From assembly GCA_900320055.1 (NCBI GenBank), contig ONQS01000012.1:15282-79281 (forward strand): a stretch of 64,000 nucleotides of DNA, given 5' to 3'. Both the position numbers and the translations under genes were made by a program. Source of the DNA: an uncultured Prevotellaceae bacterium. Lineage in GTDB: Bacteria; Bacteroidota; Bacteroidia; Bacteroidales; Muribaculaceae. Shown piece by piece: positions 8,285-18,552 of the stretch. Each line of letters begins with the position of its first letter. The first letter of the stretch is position 1. The notes under the pieces were generated by a model. That model saw nothing but the letters and a program-made list of their open reading frames with translations. It searched no databases and was not told the origin of the DNA.

Positions 8285-9763
8285 ATGCAAGTAAAAGATC
8301 TGAATCCTCAGGCAGTGTGGTCCATCTTTGACGAGATCACCAAGGTGCCCCGCCCCAGTGGCAACGAAGAAGGCAAGTTAGACAAGATCCGCGCATGGCT
8401 CGTGGACTTCGCCAAGAAGCACAATCTGGAGTACAAAATCGACAAGACCGGTAACGTGGCTATCTTCAGGCCCGCCGCTCCTGGTTATGAGAACTGCAAG
8501 GGCATCGTCCTGCAAGGTCACATGGATATGGTAGCCGAGAAAGGTCCCGGCTCGAACCACAACTTTGACACCGACCCCATCGAGACCATCATCGATGGCG
8601 AGTGGGTACGCGCCAACAACACCACGCTGGGTGCTGACGACGGTATGGGCCTGGCCATCGCTCTGGCTGCCCTTATCGAGCCGACGCTGCAATGCGGTCC
8701 CCTGGAGGCTCTCGCCACCGTCGACGAGGAGACCGGCTTGACTGGTGCCAGCAATATTGAGGCCGACATGCTCGTGGGCGACTATCTGCTCAACCTCGAC
8801 GAGGAGGAGGATGGCGTCATCACCATGGGCTGCGCCGGTGGTCTGGTGAGCATCTTCAAGTTCAACTACAAACCCGAGGCTGCTCCCAAGGATCGCGTAT
8901 ACTTCGAGATCAAGTTTGAGCACTTCCATGGTGGCCACAGTGGTGCAGACATCCACATGGGATTTGCCACCACGACCAAGTTGAGCAGCCGTCTGCTGTG
9001 GAACATCGGTGCTGAGATGGACTATGTGCTGGCATACATTGATGCCGGTAACCTGCACAACGCCATCGCTCATGCCGCTACCGTTGTTGTCGGCGTTAAG
9101 CCCGAGGACAAGGAGAAACTGAGCGTCGTGCTCAACACCTTCATCGCCGATGTTAAGAACGAGTACAAGCGCACCGAGCCCAAGATGGAGATTACCTGCA
9201 AGAGTGTTGACACTCCCGAGACCATTATCGACACCGACACCGCCCGCCGCGTGGTTGACGCCGTATATGCCGCTCCTCACGGTATCGCAGCCATGAGCAT
9301 GGAGATTGAGGGCCTCGTCGAGACCTCGACCAACCTCGCCAGCGTGAAGATGCGCGAGGGCAACCAGATCGTTATCGAGATGTTCCACCGCTCATCGATC
9401 GAGAGTGGCAAGTATGACCTGACCCACAAGTGCGAGACGATCTTCCGCCTGGCAGGTGCCGACGAGATCATCAGCGAGGGTGGCTACCAAGGTTGGGAGC
9501 CCATTGCCGACAGCCATCTGCTGACCGTTGCCAAGGACTCCTGGGAGAAACTCTTCGGCGTACGTCCCGAGGTGCGCGCCATCCACGCCGGTCTGGAGTG
9601 CGGTCTGTTCCTCAAGGCCCGTCCCGATATGGAGATGATCAGTTTTGGTCCCACATTGCGTGACGTGCACTCGCCCGCCGAGCGCTGCCACATCCCGGCA
9701 GTCGACAAGGCGTGGAAGCAAGTTCAGAACATCCTCAAGGTCATTGCCGAGGAGAGCAAGTAA
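8285..9763 (+). CDS. pepD: Aminoacyl-histidine dipeptidase (M20C)
   Basis: VLQGHMDMV, TTLGADDGMG, TVDEETGL, GGHSG, IHAGLECG and DVHSPAER. Confidence 0.92.
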   Translation: MQVKDLNPQAVWSIFDEITKVPRPSGNEEGKLDKIRAWLVDFAKKHNLEYKIDKTGNVAIFRPAAPGYENCKGIVLQGHMDMVAEKGPGSNHNFDTDPIETIIDGEWVRANNTTLGADDGMGLAIALAALIEPTLQCGPLEALATVDEETGLTGASNIEADMLVGDYLLNLDEEEDGVITMGCAGGLVSIFKFNYKPEAAPKDRVYFEIKFEHFHGGHSGADIHMGFATTTKLSSRLLWNIGAEMDYVLAYIDAGNLHNAIAHAATVVVGVKPEDKEKLSVVLNTFIADVKNEYKRTEPKMEITCKSVDTPETIIDTDTARRVVDAVYAAPHGIAAMSMEIEGLVETSTNLASVKMREGNQIVIEMFHRSSIESGKYDLTHKCETIFRLAGADEIISEGGYQGWEPIADSHLLTVAKDSWEKLFGVRPEVRAIHAGLECGLFLKARPDMEMISFGPTLRDVHSPAERCHIPAVDKAWKQVQNILKVIAEESK

Positions 9764-9852
9764 TCGTTTAGTGAACAGTTAATAGAGAATAGTTAATAGT
9801 CAGCGTCCGCTTTCTATCGACTAAACACCTAATAACTAAAAACTAAGAGACA

Positions 9853-10272
9853 ATGGATATCAAAGGTAAAATCATCCAGAAGATGGATCTTCAGAGTGGC
9901 GTGTCCAAGATTGGCAACCAGTGGAAGAAGCAGGAATACGTCATGGAGACGTTCGACAGTTATCCCAAGAAGGTGAAGTTTGATTTCTTCGGAGACCGTG
10001 CCGACCAATATCCGCTCGAGGTGGGTGACGTGATCACATTGAGTTACGACATCGAGAGCCGCGAGTTCAACGGCCGCTGGTATACCGACATCCGCGGATA
10101 TAAGGCCGTCAAGGAGAGTGCCGACATGGCTGGTGCACCCGCTCCCTATGCTTCGGCGCCTGTCGGCGAACCGGCTCCTGCGCCGGCTCCCGCTCCAGAT
10201 GCCATGGCCGCACCCACACCTCTGGACAACCCGTTTGACCAGAACGGATCGGGCGACGACCTGCCCTTCTGA
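9853..10272 (+). CDS. DUF3127-family OB-fold protein (SSB-like)
   Basis: GVSKIGNQWKKQEYV...YPKKVKFDFFG...DIESREFNGRWYTDI, a Pro/Ala linker and an acidic DDLPF tail. Confidence 0.85.
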   Translation: MDIKGKIIQKMDLQSGVSKIGNQWKKQEYVMETFDSYPKKVKFDFFGDRADQYPLEVGDVITLSYDIESREFNGRWYTDIRGYKAVKESADMAGAPAPYASAPVGEPAPAPAPAPDAMAAPTPLDNPFDQNGSGDDLPF

Positions 10273-10306
10273 GCAGATAAGACGTAAAGTCCCGTCAACT
10301 ATAGCG

Positions 10307-10346
10307 AAACCGCTGGAACCTGATTCAAAACGGGTTCCAGCGGTTT
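10307..10346. terminator. Bidirectional terminator hairpin between convergent genes
   Basis: AAACCGCTGGAACC / GGTTCCAGCGGTTT, a perfect 14-bp inverted repeat. Confidence 0.75.
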
Positions 10347-10366
10347 GCTGTATGTTACTACTCACA

Positions 10367-11017
10367 TCAAGCCCCCACAATGAGGCAATCCCCATCGTGA
10401 TACTCAATGACCACCACACCCATACTATGCAAGGCCACGATGGTCCTGGTCGCCGCTTCCTCACTGATGTGGGCCAAGCGCTCATAACCCTCGAGCGTAA
10501 TGCCGCCATGTTCGCGCAGATATTGCAACAACACCTGCTCGCGGGTGCTGAAACTGATGATGTCACTGCCCGACTCGTCGGCCGACGACTGCTCGGCGCT
10601 CATCACACGCTCGTGCAGGCGGCTAGCCAGCACATTCTCGTCGGCGACACGGTAGTAGACGTGCCACACTCCATTATCGTCGGGTGCTTCAACCGGTTTT
10701 TCGGGAGCCTCGGCGATATCGGCCTTAACGACCGACTTACCATTGATATTGAATACCTTGAAGGTGACATGCTGCTCAGGACGGCAATACATCTGAGCGG
10801 CAGTCTCAATCATATAGATTTCCTCCTCGCTGCGCACTCCAGCAATATTCCCATTGTCCTTGACGCCAATGAGCAGGTGGCCACCACTATTGTTAGCAAA
10901 GGCGGCTATCGAACGGGCAATCTTGCGCGCATCAGTGATCTGATACTTGAAGTCCTGATGCTCATGCTCGCCCTCAAGTATAAGGTCTTGTATATAGTGG
11001 CTCTTCTTGGTTCTCAT
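10367..11017 (-). CDS. Schlafen/AlbA_2-domain protein with C-terminal winged-helix-like region
   Basis: EGEHEHQDFK...KIARSIAAFANNSGGHLLIGVKDNG is a typical AlbA_2 signature. Confidence 0.85.
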   Translation of the reverse strand: MRTKKSHYIQDLILEGEHEHQDFKYQITDARKIARSIAAFANNSGGHLLIGVKDNGNIAGVRSEEEIYMIETAAQMYCRPEQHVTFKVFNINGKSVVKADIAEAPEKPVEAPDDNGVWHVYYRVADENVLASRLHERVMSAEQSSADESGSDIISFSTREQVLLQYLREHGGITLEGYERLAHISEEAATRTIVALHSMGVVVIEYHDGDCLIVGA

Positions 11018-11134
11018 AATTCGATATTGTTTTTATAGAGGCCTGCGGCCGAGAAGTGAAGCAAAAATCATCAATCAAATTTTTGTTCAATCACGCTTGA
11101 CATCCGGTGCGAAGCACCACCAGCAGCCAACCCG

Positions 11135-12316
11135 TCAGCGAGGGTCGTCAACGCCCTGTTCTTGCGGGATGGTTGTGCCATCAAGCACGGCCCTCAGGTA
11201 AGGTTCCAACTTCTGAGCATACCACCAGAAGCCGATATCTGTCAAGTGAATGCCATCGACTGTGCCCTCGTTGTTGGGGCCATATAGGTCCTTGCAGGTG
11301 ATATAATAGAGGTTGCGCGGATTGTCGGCCTTGAGTTTGAGGTAATTTTTGTGATACTCGTCATTTTTCTGCGGCAGGTACTCGCTATAGAATGCACTAT
11401 ACTTGGCATAACTGTACATCTGCCCCTCGACCATAAAGATGGGCACTTCGGGTCGCAGTGTGCGCAAGATGTTGACAAAGCCATAGGTCAGCGTGTCGCA
11501 CATATCTTTGGTGCAGTTGGGGATGGGATCGAGGATGTAGGCGGCCACATCAGGTATCGTAGCCATAGCCCGTGCCATGCATGAATCCATTTTCCCCTCT
11601 CCGCTGAAGCCTAGATTGACGCATTCCACATCCAGATCGCGCTGAATAATGCTGGTAGCGACCATACCAGGCCGACAAGCGCAACCACCCTGCATGATAC
11701 TGGTTCCATAGAACACAAACTTCTTGCCCTCACGCGGAGAGTTGAGCATGGGCTGCATAATCACAGCACTGCTGTCCACTCCGATCTCGATCCAGCGCAC
11801 TCCATCATAGAGCGGCAGATAAATCATATACTCATGCATCTTGCCATCAAGACGGTCCACATAGACCTTGCTCTGGATGGAATCCTGACGCGGGCGAATG
11901 TCATTGTCGATGCGCACAGGGCGGTTGCAGTTCACAAACTGCCAACTGTGCGTATCCTCGTCCCAGATATAAAGGTCAGTCCCCTTGATGCCGGTGTCTG
12001 CCATGTGCATCATGTGCATGTTGGTCAGCAGATTGTAGCGCACGGCAATGGCCGTCGAATTGGTGGCAAAGCGGAAGCCCTTGCCGCTGGTGCAGTAGGC
12101 GCGATCCCACAGCGTGGGGCGCACACTATCCTTGAAATTCAACGGGATGCGTGATGCCAGAGTACGGTCAAACGCAAAGTTGATCATGCGGTAGTGCATC
12201 GCATCCACATAGCGCAACGTGTCCTTATTGGTAAAATCCTGTGCCTGAGACACAAGCGGCAGCACGGCGATGAACATCATCACCAGCGCAATCATCATGT
12301 TGGAATATCGTTTCAT
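11135..12316 (-). CDS. Secreted SGNH/GDSL hydrolase with GxDLY-type N-terminal domain
   Basis: Signal peptide, GTDLY, YLPLYDG, FYGTSIMQGG (catalytic Ser), NLGFSGEG and DGIH. Confidence 0.85.
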   Translation of the reverse strand: MKRYSNMMIALVMMFIAVLPLVSQAQDFTNKDTLRYVDAMHYRMINFAFDRTLASRIPLNFKDSVRPTLWDRAYCTSGKGFRFATNSTAIAVRYNLLTNMHMMHMADTGIKGTDLYIWDEDTHSWQFVNCNRPVRIDNDIRPRQDSIQSKVYVDRLDGKMHEYMIYLPLYDGVRWIEIGVDSSAVIMQPMLNSPREGKKFVFYGTSIMQGGCACRPGMVATSIIQRDLDVECVNLGFSGEGKMDSCMARAMATIPDVAAYILDPIPNCTKDMCDTLTYGFVNILRTLRPEVPIFMVEGQMYSYAKYSAFYSEYLPQKNDEYHKNYLKLKADNPRNLYYITCKDLYGPNNEGTVDGIHLTDIGFWWYAQKLEPYLRAVLDGTTIPQEQGVDDPR

Positions 12317-12362
12317 AGCAGTCCCTTATTATGTAACTTGAAAATTGGAATGAGCAAAATCA

Positions 12363-13178
12363 CTACAGAACACTCAGCAACTTGATAGCCTCCAGGCGTC
12401 CACTGTTGAGCAGCGTGGGATAATGCGCGTCGCTGTTGATCACGACCGGAGCATTAAATCGCTTGAGCATCCCGAAGTACTTCAAGTTGGGATAAAAACG
12501 ATTGCGCTGCAGCCATGCTTTGGTGTTGACTTCAATAACCAGATGGTGATCCATAATGTTCTCGAACAGGTCAATCACCAATTTGTCATACCACGGTTCC
12601 TCGTCAATGCCGTCTCGGTACTGGCTGGCATTGTAGCCAATCTTATCCATATGGCCCACAATGTCAAAACCGCCCTCCTCGACCATTGCCATCATCTGCG
12701 AGAAGAACTGATTGACAACATACTCGATGTCTCCATTGAAGTTGGCCTCCATACGTCCCTTGAAGCCCTGATACTTGCCATCAATATCCACCATCACACT
12801 GGGATCGTTGATGTCGGGGATGAAGTGTACCGAGCCGATGCGGTAGTCCAGCGGTAACTGCTGGAAATAGTCGCTGGCAGGGCCGTCACCCATGCTCACA
12901 TAGTCAATTTCCATCGACGTGTATAGATGAATGCGGTCGGCATACATCCGACGCAGGCGCTTCATTTCCTCAAAGTAGTCCTGAACTTGCTCCTGCCTCA
13001 TATTGACGGGACTCTCGACAGACACTGGAGAGTGCGGCGTAAAGCCTAGATGGGTAAGACCTTGAGCGATAGCCTCGGTCACAAACTCTTCCATTGTGGC
13101 ATGGCCATCACAGAACTGCGTGTGTGTATGCAGGTTGTACAGTTCAGTCTCTTGGGTTATTCTATTGAAGTCTAACAT
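12363..13178 (-). CDS. PHP-family histidinol-phosphatase-like protein
   Basis: NLHTHTQFCDG, FTPHS, IGSVH, GHMD, EVNT and NSDAH metal-binding motifs. Confidence 0.8.
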   Translation of the reverse strand: MLDFNRITQETELYNLHTHTQFCDGHATMEEFVTEAIAQGLTHLGFTPHSPVSVESPVNMRQEQVQDYFEEMKRLRRMYADRIHLYTSMEIDYVSMGDGPASDYFQQLPLDYRIGSVHFIPDINDPSVMVDIDGKYQGFKGRMEANFNGDIEYVVNQFFSQMMAMVEEGGFDIVGHMDKIGYNASQYRDGIDEEPWYDKLVIDLFENIMDHHLVIEVNTKAWLQRNRFYPNLKYFGMLKRFNAPVVINSDAHYPTLLNSGRLEAIKLLSVL

Positions 13179-13220
13179 AAATATCGGTTTCAGTTTCCGC
13201 CTGTGGAGATGTGCGTGTGG

Positions 13221-15092
13221 TTAAAACATTTTGATAATCTCGTCCATGGAAATGACAATGATGATGGTTTTGCCATCGGGCGTGTAGTTAGGCTCCGGCA
13301 AGCGGAGCAAGTCCGCAACCAGGATGTCCATCTCTTCCTGCATGAGGCTACGCCCTTGCGGTATCGCCGCTGCCCGTGCCACCATCAGTGCCAGATGCTC
13401 CTGGATACGTTTTTTGAGCGGTATGCCGCCATTCTCGGCCGAGTCGATCATCTGATGTATCATCGAATTGATGTCCACGCCATCGAGTCCAGCGGGCACA
13501 GCAGCCACCGACCAATCATTGCCGCTCAGTGGAGACAAGGCAAAGCCCATCTTCTCCATGTCAGGCAACAGCCCTTGCAGGGTCACACATTGGGATGCGC
13601 TCAAGTGAAGCACCTCGGGAAAAAGTATCGTCTGTGATGCCATATCGCCTGTATGCATACGGCTTATGTAGCGATCAAACAAGATGCGGACGTGAGCCCT
13701 ATGCTGGTCGATGATCATCAGTCCAGACTTGGCTGGCGACAAGATATAACGGCCCTTGAGTTGCAGATACACCGACTGCAGATCCCCCATGGGCAGGACT
13801 GCATCATGCACGGATTGCTGACCGGTATCTACAATAGGCTGGCTGTCACCATCACCTGGCTGATTGCCAGCGTTCTGCTCAAGCCCCTCGCGTTTTTTAC
13901 GCTCGAAGTTGGCAAACAGTTCGTCCCAGTTGCTCATGGCCTGGCCCGACGGCGCGTGATGGCGCTGCTGAGAGCCGCCAGAGGTCTTGAACGGGTTATA
14001 CGACGGGTCGACGGCAATCTCAGGATTGTGCACCTCGACATGACGGCTATAGGCCGGTATCTCGGGGGCATCCTGCGTATTGAAATCGATGGCGGGCACC
14101 TCGCTGAATCGGCCCAACGACTCTTTAACTCCAGCGGCAAGAATCTGCCAGATGGGTATCTCATCCTCAAACTTAATTTCAGTCTTAGTGGGATGGATAT
14201 TCACATCGATGGACTGAGGATCGACCGTAAAGCGCAGGAAATAATTGGGTTGCTCGCCCTCGGGGACGAGTTGCTCGTAGGCCGACATCACGGCCTTGTG
14301 AAAATAGGGATGACGCATAAAGCGCCCGTTGACAAACATGAATTGCAGGGCGTTGCGCTTGCGGGCATTCTCGGGTTTCCCGATATAGCCCTGTACCTTG
14401 ACCAGCGACGTGTCGATGGACATCGGCAGCAACTGCTGGTCCAGGCTATTGCCCATCAGGGCTGTGATGCGCTGCCGGAAGGTCCCCGTCATCAACTTAT
14501 ACATCACATTGCCATTGTGCATCAAGGTAAACTCCACCTCGTTGTTGATCAATGCCAGTTTCTCAAATTCCTTGACGATATTGCTCAATTCCACTTGGTT
14601 GGATTTGAGAAACTTGCGCCTTGCAGGCACGTTGAAGAAGAGGTTCTTGATCATGAAGTTGCTGCCTGCTGGGCACATGTCAGGCTCCTGACTCTCGCAC
14701 TGCGATGCGTTGATGATCAGGCGTGTGCCTAATTGGGCATCGTGTCGGCGAGTGCGCAGTTCCACCTGCGAGATGGCAGCAATCGAGGCTAGGGCCTCGC
14801 CCCGGAATCCCATGGTGTGCAGTGTGAACAAGTCGTCGGCAGTGCGTATCTTGCTCGTACTGTGACGCTCAAAGGCCAATCGTGCATCCGTCTCGGTCAT
14901 CCCCACCCCATCATCGATGATCTGGATGAGGGTGCGTCCGGCATCCTTGAGAACGATCTGAATGTGAGTGGCCTGTGCATCAATTGCGTTCTCGACCAAT
15001 TCCTTGATGACACTGGCAGGGCGCTGAATGACCTCGCCAGCAGCAATCTGGTTGGCCACTGAATCAGGTAGAAGTTTTATCACATCACTCAT
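13221..15092 (-). CDS. mutL: DNA mismatch repair endonuclease MutL
   Basis: Start MSDVIKLLPDSVANQIAAGEVIQRPASVIKELVENAIDA. Also GFRGEALASI, DVNIHPTKTE and IIDQHRAHVRI. Confidence 0.96.
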   Translation of the reverse strand: MSDVIKLLPDSVANQIAAGEVIQRPASVIKELVENAIDAQATHIQIVLKDAGRTLIQIIDDGVGMTETDARLAFERHSTSKIRTADDLFTLHTMGFRGEALASIAAISQVELRTRRHDAQLGTRLIINASQCESQEPDMCPAGSNFMIKNLFFNVPARRKFLKSNQVELSNIVKEFEKLALINNEVEFTLMHNGNVMYKLMTGTFRQRITALMGNSLDQQLLPMSIDTSLVKVQGYIGKPENARKRNALQFMFVNGRFMRHPYFHKAVMSAYEQLVPEGEQPNYFLRFTVDPQSIDVNIHPTKTEIKFEDEIPIWQILAAGVKESLGRFSEVPAIDFNTQDAPEIPAYSRHVEVHNPEIAVDPSYNPFKTSGGSQQRHHAPSGQAMSNWDELFANFERKKREGLEQNAGNQPGDGDSQPIVDTGQQSVHDAVLPMGDLQSVYLQLKGRYILSPAKSGLMIIDQHRAHVRILFDRYISRMHTGDMASQTILFPEVLHLSASQCVTLQGLLPDMEKMGFALSPLSGNDWSVAAVPAGLDGVDINSMIHQMIDSAENGGIPLKKRIQEHLALMVARAAAIPQGRSLMQEEMDILVADLLRLPEPNYTPDGKTIIIVISMDEIIKMF

Positions 15093-16962
15093 GGCTTGGA
15101 TCACTGTTTTGTAAAGTCGTTTCACTTGCTGCCTGATCGGGAGACGATGAGGCCAAGCCGGCATTGGCGCCTGCACGACGGCGTGTGCCACCCTGTATCG
15201 TACGCATAAGTTGTTTGAGTTCCTCGCTCACGTCATAGATGTCGTCGGGAGACTTGGGACGCAGTGCATCATACCACTGGAATTGGGGCAGATACAAATC
15301 GGCCTTCTTGGCCAGATACAATGGAGTGACCTTGCCAGAGACCTCGGGCCACATGGTGATGCGGTCCACCTCCTGCTTGGGTTTGAGATTGAGCCTCATG
15401 TAACTGGACTCTGCGCTTACCATCTTGTTATAGGTAGAATCCTTCTCCTGCGGGAACATAATGACCTGCACATTGCCGTCCACATCCAGGCGTCTCAATT
15501 CTTTTTCCTCAAACCAAGCCTTCATCTTCTTGCCGCTCAACTGATCATAATAGATTTCACCTAGGTGCTCGGCCATGAAGCCTCCGAGGGGAAGCATGGC
15601 CCAATCGGCTGCGCTGTCGTTGAGGTGCACATTGATTTCGTCGCCGAATATCTGCCGCTCGAGATTCCAGACCACAGCATGGTTGTACATGTTGATAATG
15701 GTGTCGGCCTCGCTCAACTGCAGAGAGTCGCAGATGCCCTGCACGTCATTGCGATAAAACCGCACTTGGTTAAAAGCACGCAGCACGCGCACCGAGTCGT
15801 TGACCGAATCGTTGACCACGTGATTGATGAGTGTGCACAGGGTATCGGCATGCAGATAGATGGTATCCTTCTGCGAGAATTCCCTGGCCCGGGCCCTACG
15901 GGTCACATAACTGTAATGGGCGTTATCATCGTGATAGCCATAGTCGCCATCCAGGATAACCTTGTTGCTGGGATCGGTAATCACCACATTGCCTCGCGCC
16001 TCGCCATAGTTGCGCTTGCGATTGTAATAGACGGTATCGCCAAGCAGCGTTTTGCCATCCTTGGCAGTGATGACGGCACGCTCATAGAGCGTGGCATCAT
16101 CGGCGCTTGTATTGTACCAGCCGTTAGTGGTATTGATCGTGTTGCTGTCGCTCACGATAAGGGTCTCGCTGGTGATGTGGGCGATGTGGGTCTGGGTGTT
16201 GTAGTCGAGCATGTCGGTAAACATCTCGTAGCGATCATTGATCAGATGAACATCCCTTGAGAACTCGGCCTGCTTAGTATCCAGTTCGTAACGGCCATAC
16301 TGCGACTTCAACTCGGTGTTGTTGCGATTGTCGACGATGGTCCCGCCATCAAAGTAATAGCCGACATTGGAGTTGATCTCATAGTCCAGAGCATCGGTCA
16401 GCAGAGTCGTGCTGCGGTTTTCCAGGCGGACGTTGCTGCGCAACTCGGCCACGCCCTGGTCGCCATAGTAATGGAGCACGTCGCTATACACCCACAGCGT
16501 ATCGCCTTGTGTCATCCGCACATTGCCAAAGGCATCGAGCGAACTGGTCTCGGCATAGAAGTATGCGCTGTCACAGAACATATACATGTCGCCGCGACGG
16601 AAACGCACATTGCCCTTTAAGACCTGATAATCACGACTGATATACTCATTGGCCTTGAGGATATCGGCATTCTCCAGAAAGACCTTATTGGTCTGATTGC
16701 GGTTAGCCTTAGGGATCTGGGGTGTGATGCGGCTCACGCTACGTCCCTTAGAGCCCTTGCGCGCTGCCTGGGCATGCTGCGGATTGGTGGGTCGCTTGAT
16801 GGTCGACGATCTCGGCGCCGCAGCACGCACGCGGGTTGACCGCTGAGGCTGCTGTGCCCAGAGCATAGGCGACATCATCAAGGCCATGACACAGCAAGCC
16901 ACGATGACTTGACGCCACCGTGATGCACCGTTCCGGTATTGCTTGCCGCTATAGACAGCCAT
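15085..16962 (-). CDS. OstA/LptA-like periplasmic or OM protein
   Basis: Signal peptide and repeated beta-jellyroll segments (LKGNVRFRRGDMYMFCDSAY, AFGNVRM). Conserved position between surA and mutL; overlaps the mutL start by 8 nt. Confidence 0.8.
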   Translation of the reverse strand: MAVYSGKQYRNGASRWRQVIVACCVMALMMSPMLWAQQPQRSTRVRAAAPRSSTIKRPTNPQHAQAARKGSKGRSVSRITPQIPKANRNQTNKVFLENADILKANEYISRDYQVLKGNVRFRRGDMYMFCDSAYFYAETSSLDAFGNVRMTQGDTLWVYSDVLHYYGDQGVAELRSNVRLENRSTTLLTDALDYEINSNVGYYFDGGTIVDNRNNTELKSQYGRYELDTKQAEFSRDVHLINDRYEMFTDMLDYNTQTHIAHITSETLIVSDSNTINTTNGWYNTSADDATLYERAVITAKDGKTLLGDTVYYNRKRNYGEARGNVVITDPSNKVILDGDYGYHDDNAHYSYVTRRARAREFSQKDTIYLHADTLCTLINHVVNDSVNDSVRVLRAFNQVRFYRNDVQGICDSLQLSEADTIINMYNHAVVWNLERQIFGDEINVHLNDSAADWAMLPLGGFMAEHLGEIYYDQLSGKKMKAWFEEKELRRLDVDGNVQVIMFPQEKDSTYNKMVSAESSYMRLNLKPKQEVDRITMWPEVSGKVTPLYLAKKADLYLPQFQWYDALRPKSPDDIYDVSEELKQLMRTIQGGTRRRAGANAGLASSSPDQAASETTLQNSDPSHE

Positions 16963-16987
16963 TGTGTTCAGTGCGCTGATTTAGAAA

Positions 16988-18349
16988 TCACTTGGGAGTA
17001 TCCTTCTTGAGCCAATCGTACTTGAAGTCACAGTTGCGCCAGCCTTCCTCGATGTAGACATAGACGCTCTTCTGCTTCTGTACCACCCAATCATGGATGA
17101 TCTGCTCCTTGGCAGCGGCTTCACACATCTCCTTGATGATCATATAGTCCTCGGCCAAGTCAGCCTTGTGACCATCGACGCGCTTCACCAGTTTCACCAT
17201 AGCCACCTGCTCACGGCGGGTCTTGGGATTGATCATCACAAAGGGTTCACTGATCTCACCGGGCTTCATCAGGCTCACCTTCTTACCCACCTCGGCGGGC
17301 AGATCAGCCATCTCGAAACGGCTGCTGTGATTCTTCTCGTTGAGCATGTTTCCGTTATTGTTGCGGGAGTCCTTGTCCTGCGAGATGTACATGGCCATCT
17401 CCTCGAAGGTGTGCTTGCCCGCGATGATGTCGGAGCGCACCGAGTCAAGTCGTGTCAGGGCATCGGTCAGGTCCTTGTCGCTCACTTTGGGGCGCAACAG
17501 GATGTGGCGCGTGTTGACGCGATCGCCTCGTTTCTCAATGAGTTGGATGATATGGAAGCCATCGTCGGTCTCGACAATGTTGGACACGCGCTTGGAATCG
17601 TTCAGGTTGAATGCGGCATTAGCATACTCGGGCAAGAGCACCGAGCGGCTCTGGAAGCCCGTCTCACCACCATACACAGCCGTGGACTGGTCCTGGCTAT
17701 AAAGGATAGCCAAGGTGGAGAACTCACGCTCTCCAGAGTTGACCTGCTGCGCATAGTCACGCAGGCGAGCCTTGACTTCGTCGATTTCTTGCTGCGGAAT
17801 CACGGGATTGATGGTGATAATCTGCGTCTCGACTTGCATAGGGATATATGGCAGAGAATCCTTGGGCAGCGTATTGAAATACTTGCGCACATCGGCAGGC
17901 GTAGCCTTGACATTCTTGGTCAATTCGCTTTGCACTTGCTGGATGCAGTACTGATCACTATAGACCTCGTTGAGTTTCTCACGCAATCGGGGCAGAGGCA
18001 TGCGGAAGTACTCCTCTACCTTCTCCTTAGAGCCCAGATTGGCAATAAAGAAATTGATGCGGCTCTCGACCTCGGCACTGATGGTTGAAGACTGTACCTC
18101 GACGGTGTCGATGCGGGCCTGATCCAGGAACAGTTTGTCCACAGCCATCTGCTCAGGAATCACACAATAGGGATTACCATCGATGGCGACCCTCTCATAC
18201 AGGGCCTGCTGGTATTGTTCCTCGATATCACTCTTGAAGATGGGTTCATCACCGATTACCCAGGCGACTTCCTCTGCTACATTGTTCTGAGCCATTGCTG
18301 TTGCAACCACGGCAATGAGCATCAAGACGTTTAAAAATCTAAGTTTCAC
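16988..18349 (-). CDS. surA: SurA-like peptidyl-prolyl isomerase
   Basis: Signal peptide, SurA N-domain (AWVIGDEPIFKSDIE) and two parvulin domains (YSQD...GGETG; TRHILLRP). Confidence 0.82.
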   Translation of the reverse strand: MKLRFLNVLMLIAVVATAMAQNNVAEEVAWVIGDEPIFKSDIEEQYQQALYERVAIDGNPYCVIPEQMAVDKLFLDQARIDTVEVQSSTISAEVESRINFFIANLGSKEKVEEYFRMPLPRLREKLNEVYSDQYCIQQVQSELTKNVKATPADVRKYFNTLPKDSLPYIPMQVETQIITINPVIPQQEIDEVKARLRDYAQQVNSGEREFSTLAILYSQDQSTAVYGGETGFQSRSVLLPEYANAAFNLNDSKRVSNIVETDDGFHIIQLIEKRGDRVNTRHILLRPKVSDKDLTDALTRLDSVRSDIIAGKHTFEEMAMYISQDKDSRNNNGNMLNEKNHSSRFEMADLPAEVGKKVSLMKPGEISEPFVMINPKTRREQVAMVKLVKRVDGHKADLAEDYMIIKEMCEAAAKEQIIHDWVVQKQKSVYVYIEEGWRNCDFKYDWLKKDTPK

Positions 18350-18475
18350 GTGTATAATGGTTTTTATCTATTTCAAACTGCAAATTTCCCCATTTTTTGC
18401 GACTTGACAAAATCAATTGGCAAAATGTTTGTTAAATAGAGGCTGTGGACTATCGTCCACGACCATCATCGGGCA

Positions 18476-18516
18476 CAAAAAGCAATATCCTGCAACGACA
18501 TGGGTCGCTGCAGGAC
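18476..18516 (-). terminator. Terminator-like hairpin after PPIase gene
   Basis: TCCTGCAACGAC / GTCGCTGCAGGA stem with a T-run downstream on the minus strand. Confidence 0.55.
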
Positions 18517-18552
18517 ATTTGCAAATTATTACTTGATGATTTCAACTCTGTG

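Noticed and set aside
15085-15191. Upstream extension of mutL, and similar long starts for ompH, tig, trkH, plsC, LytTR and recQ
   Set aside because: The extensions overlap neighbouring genes or promoter boxes. The downstream ATGs match the conserved N-termini.
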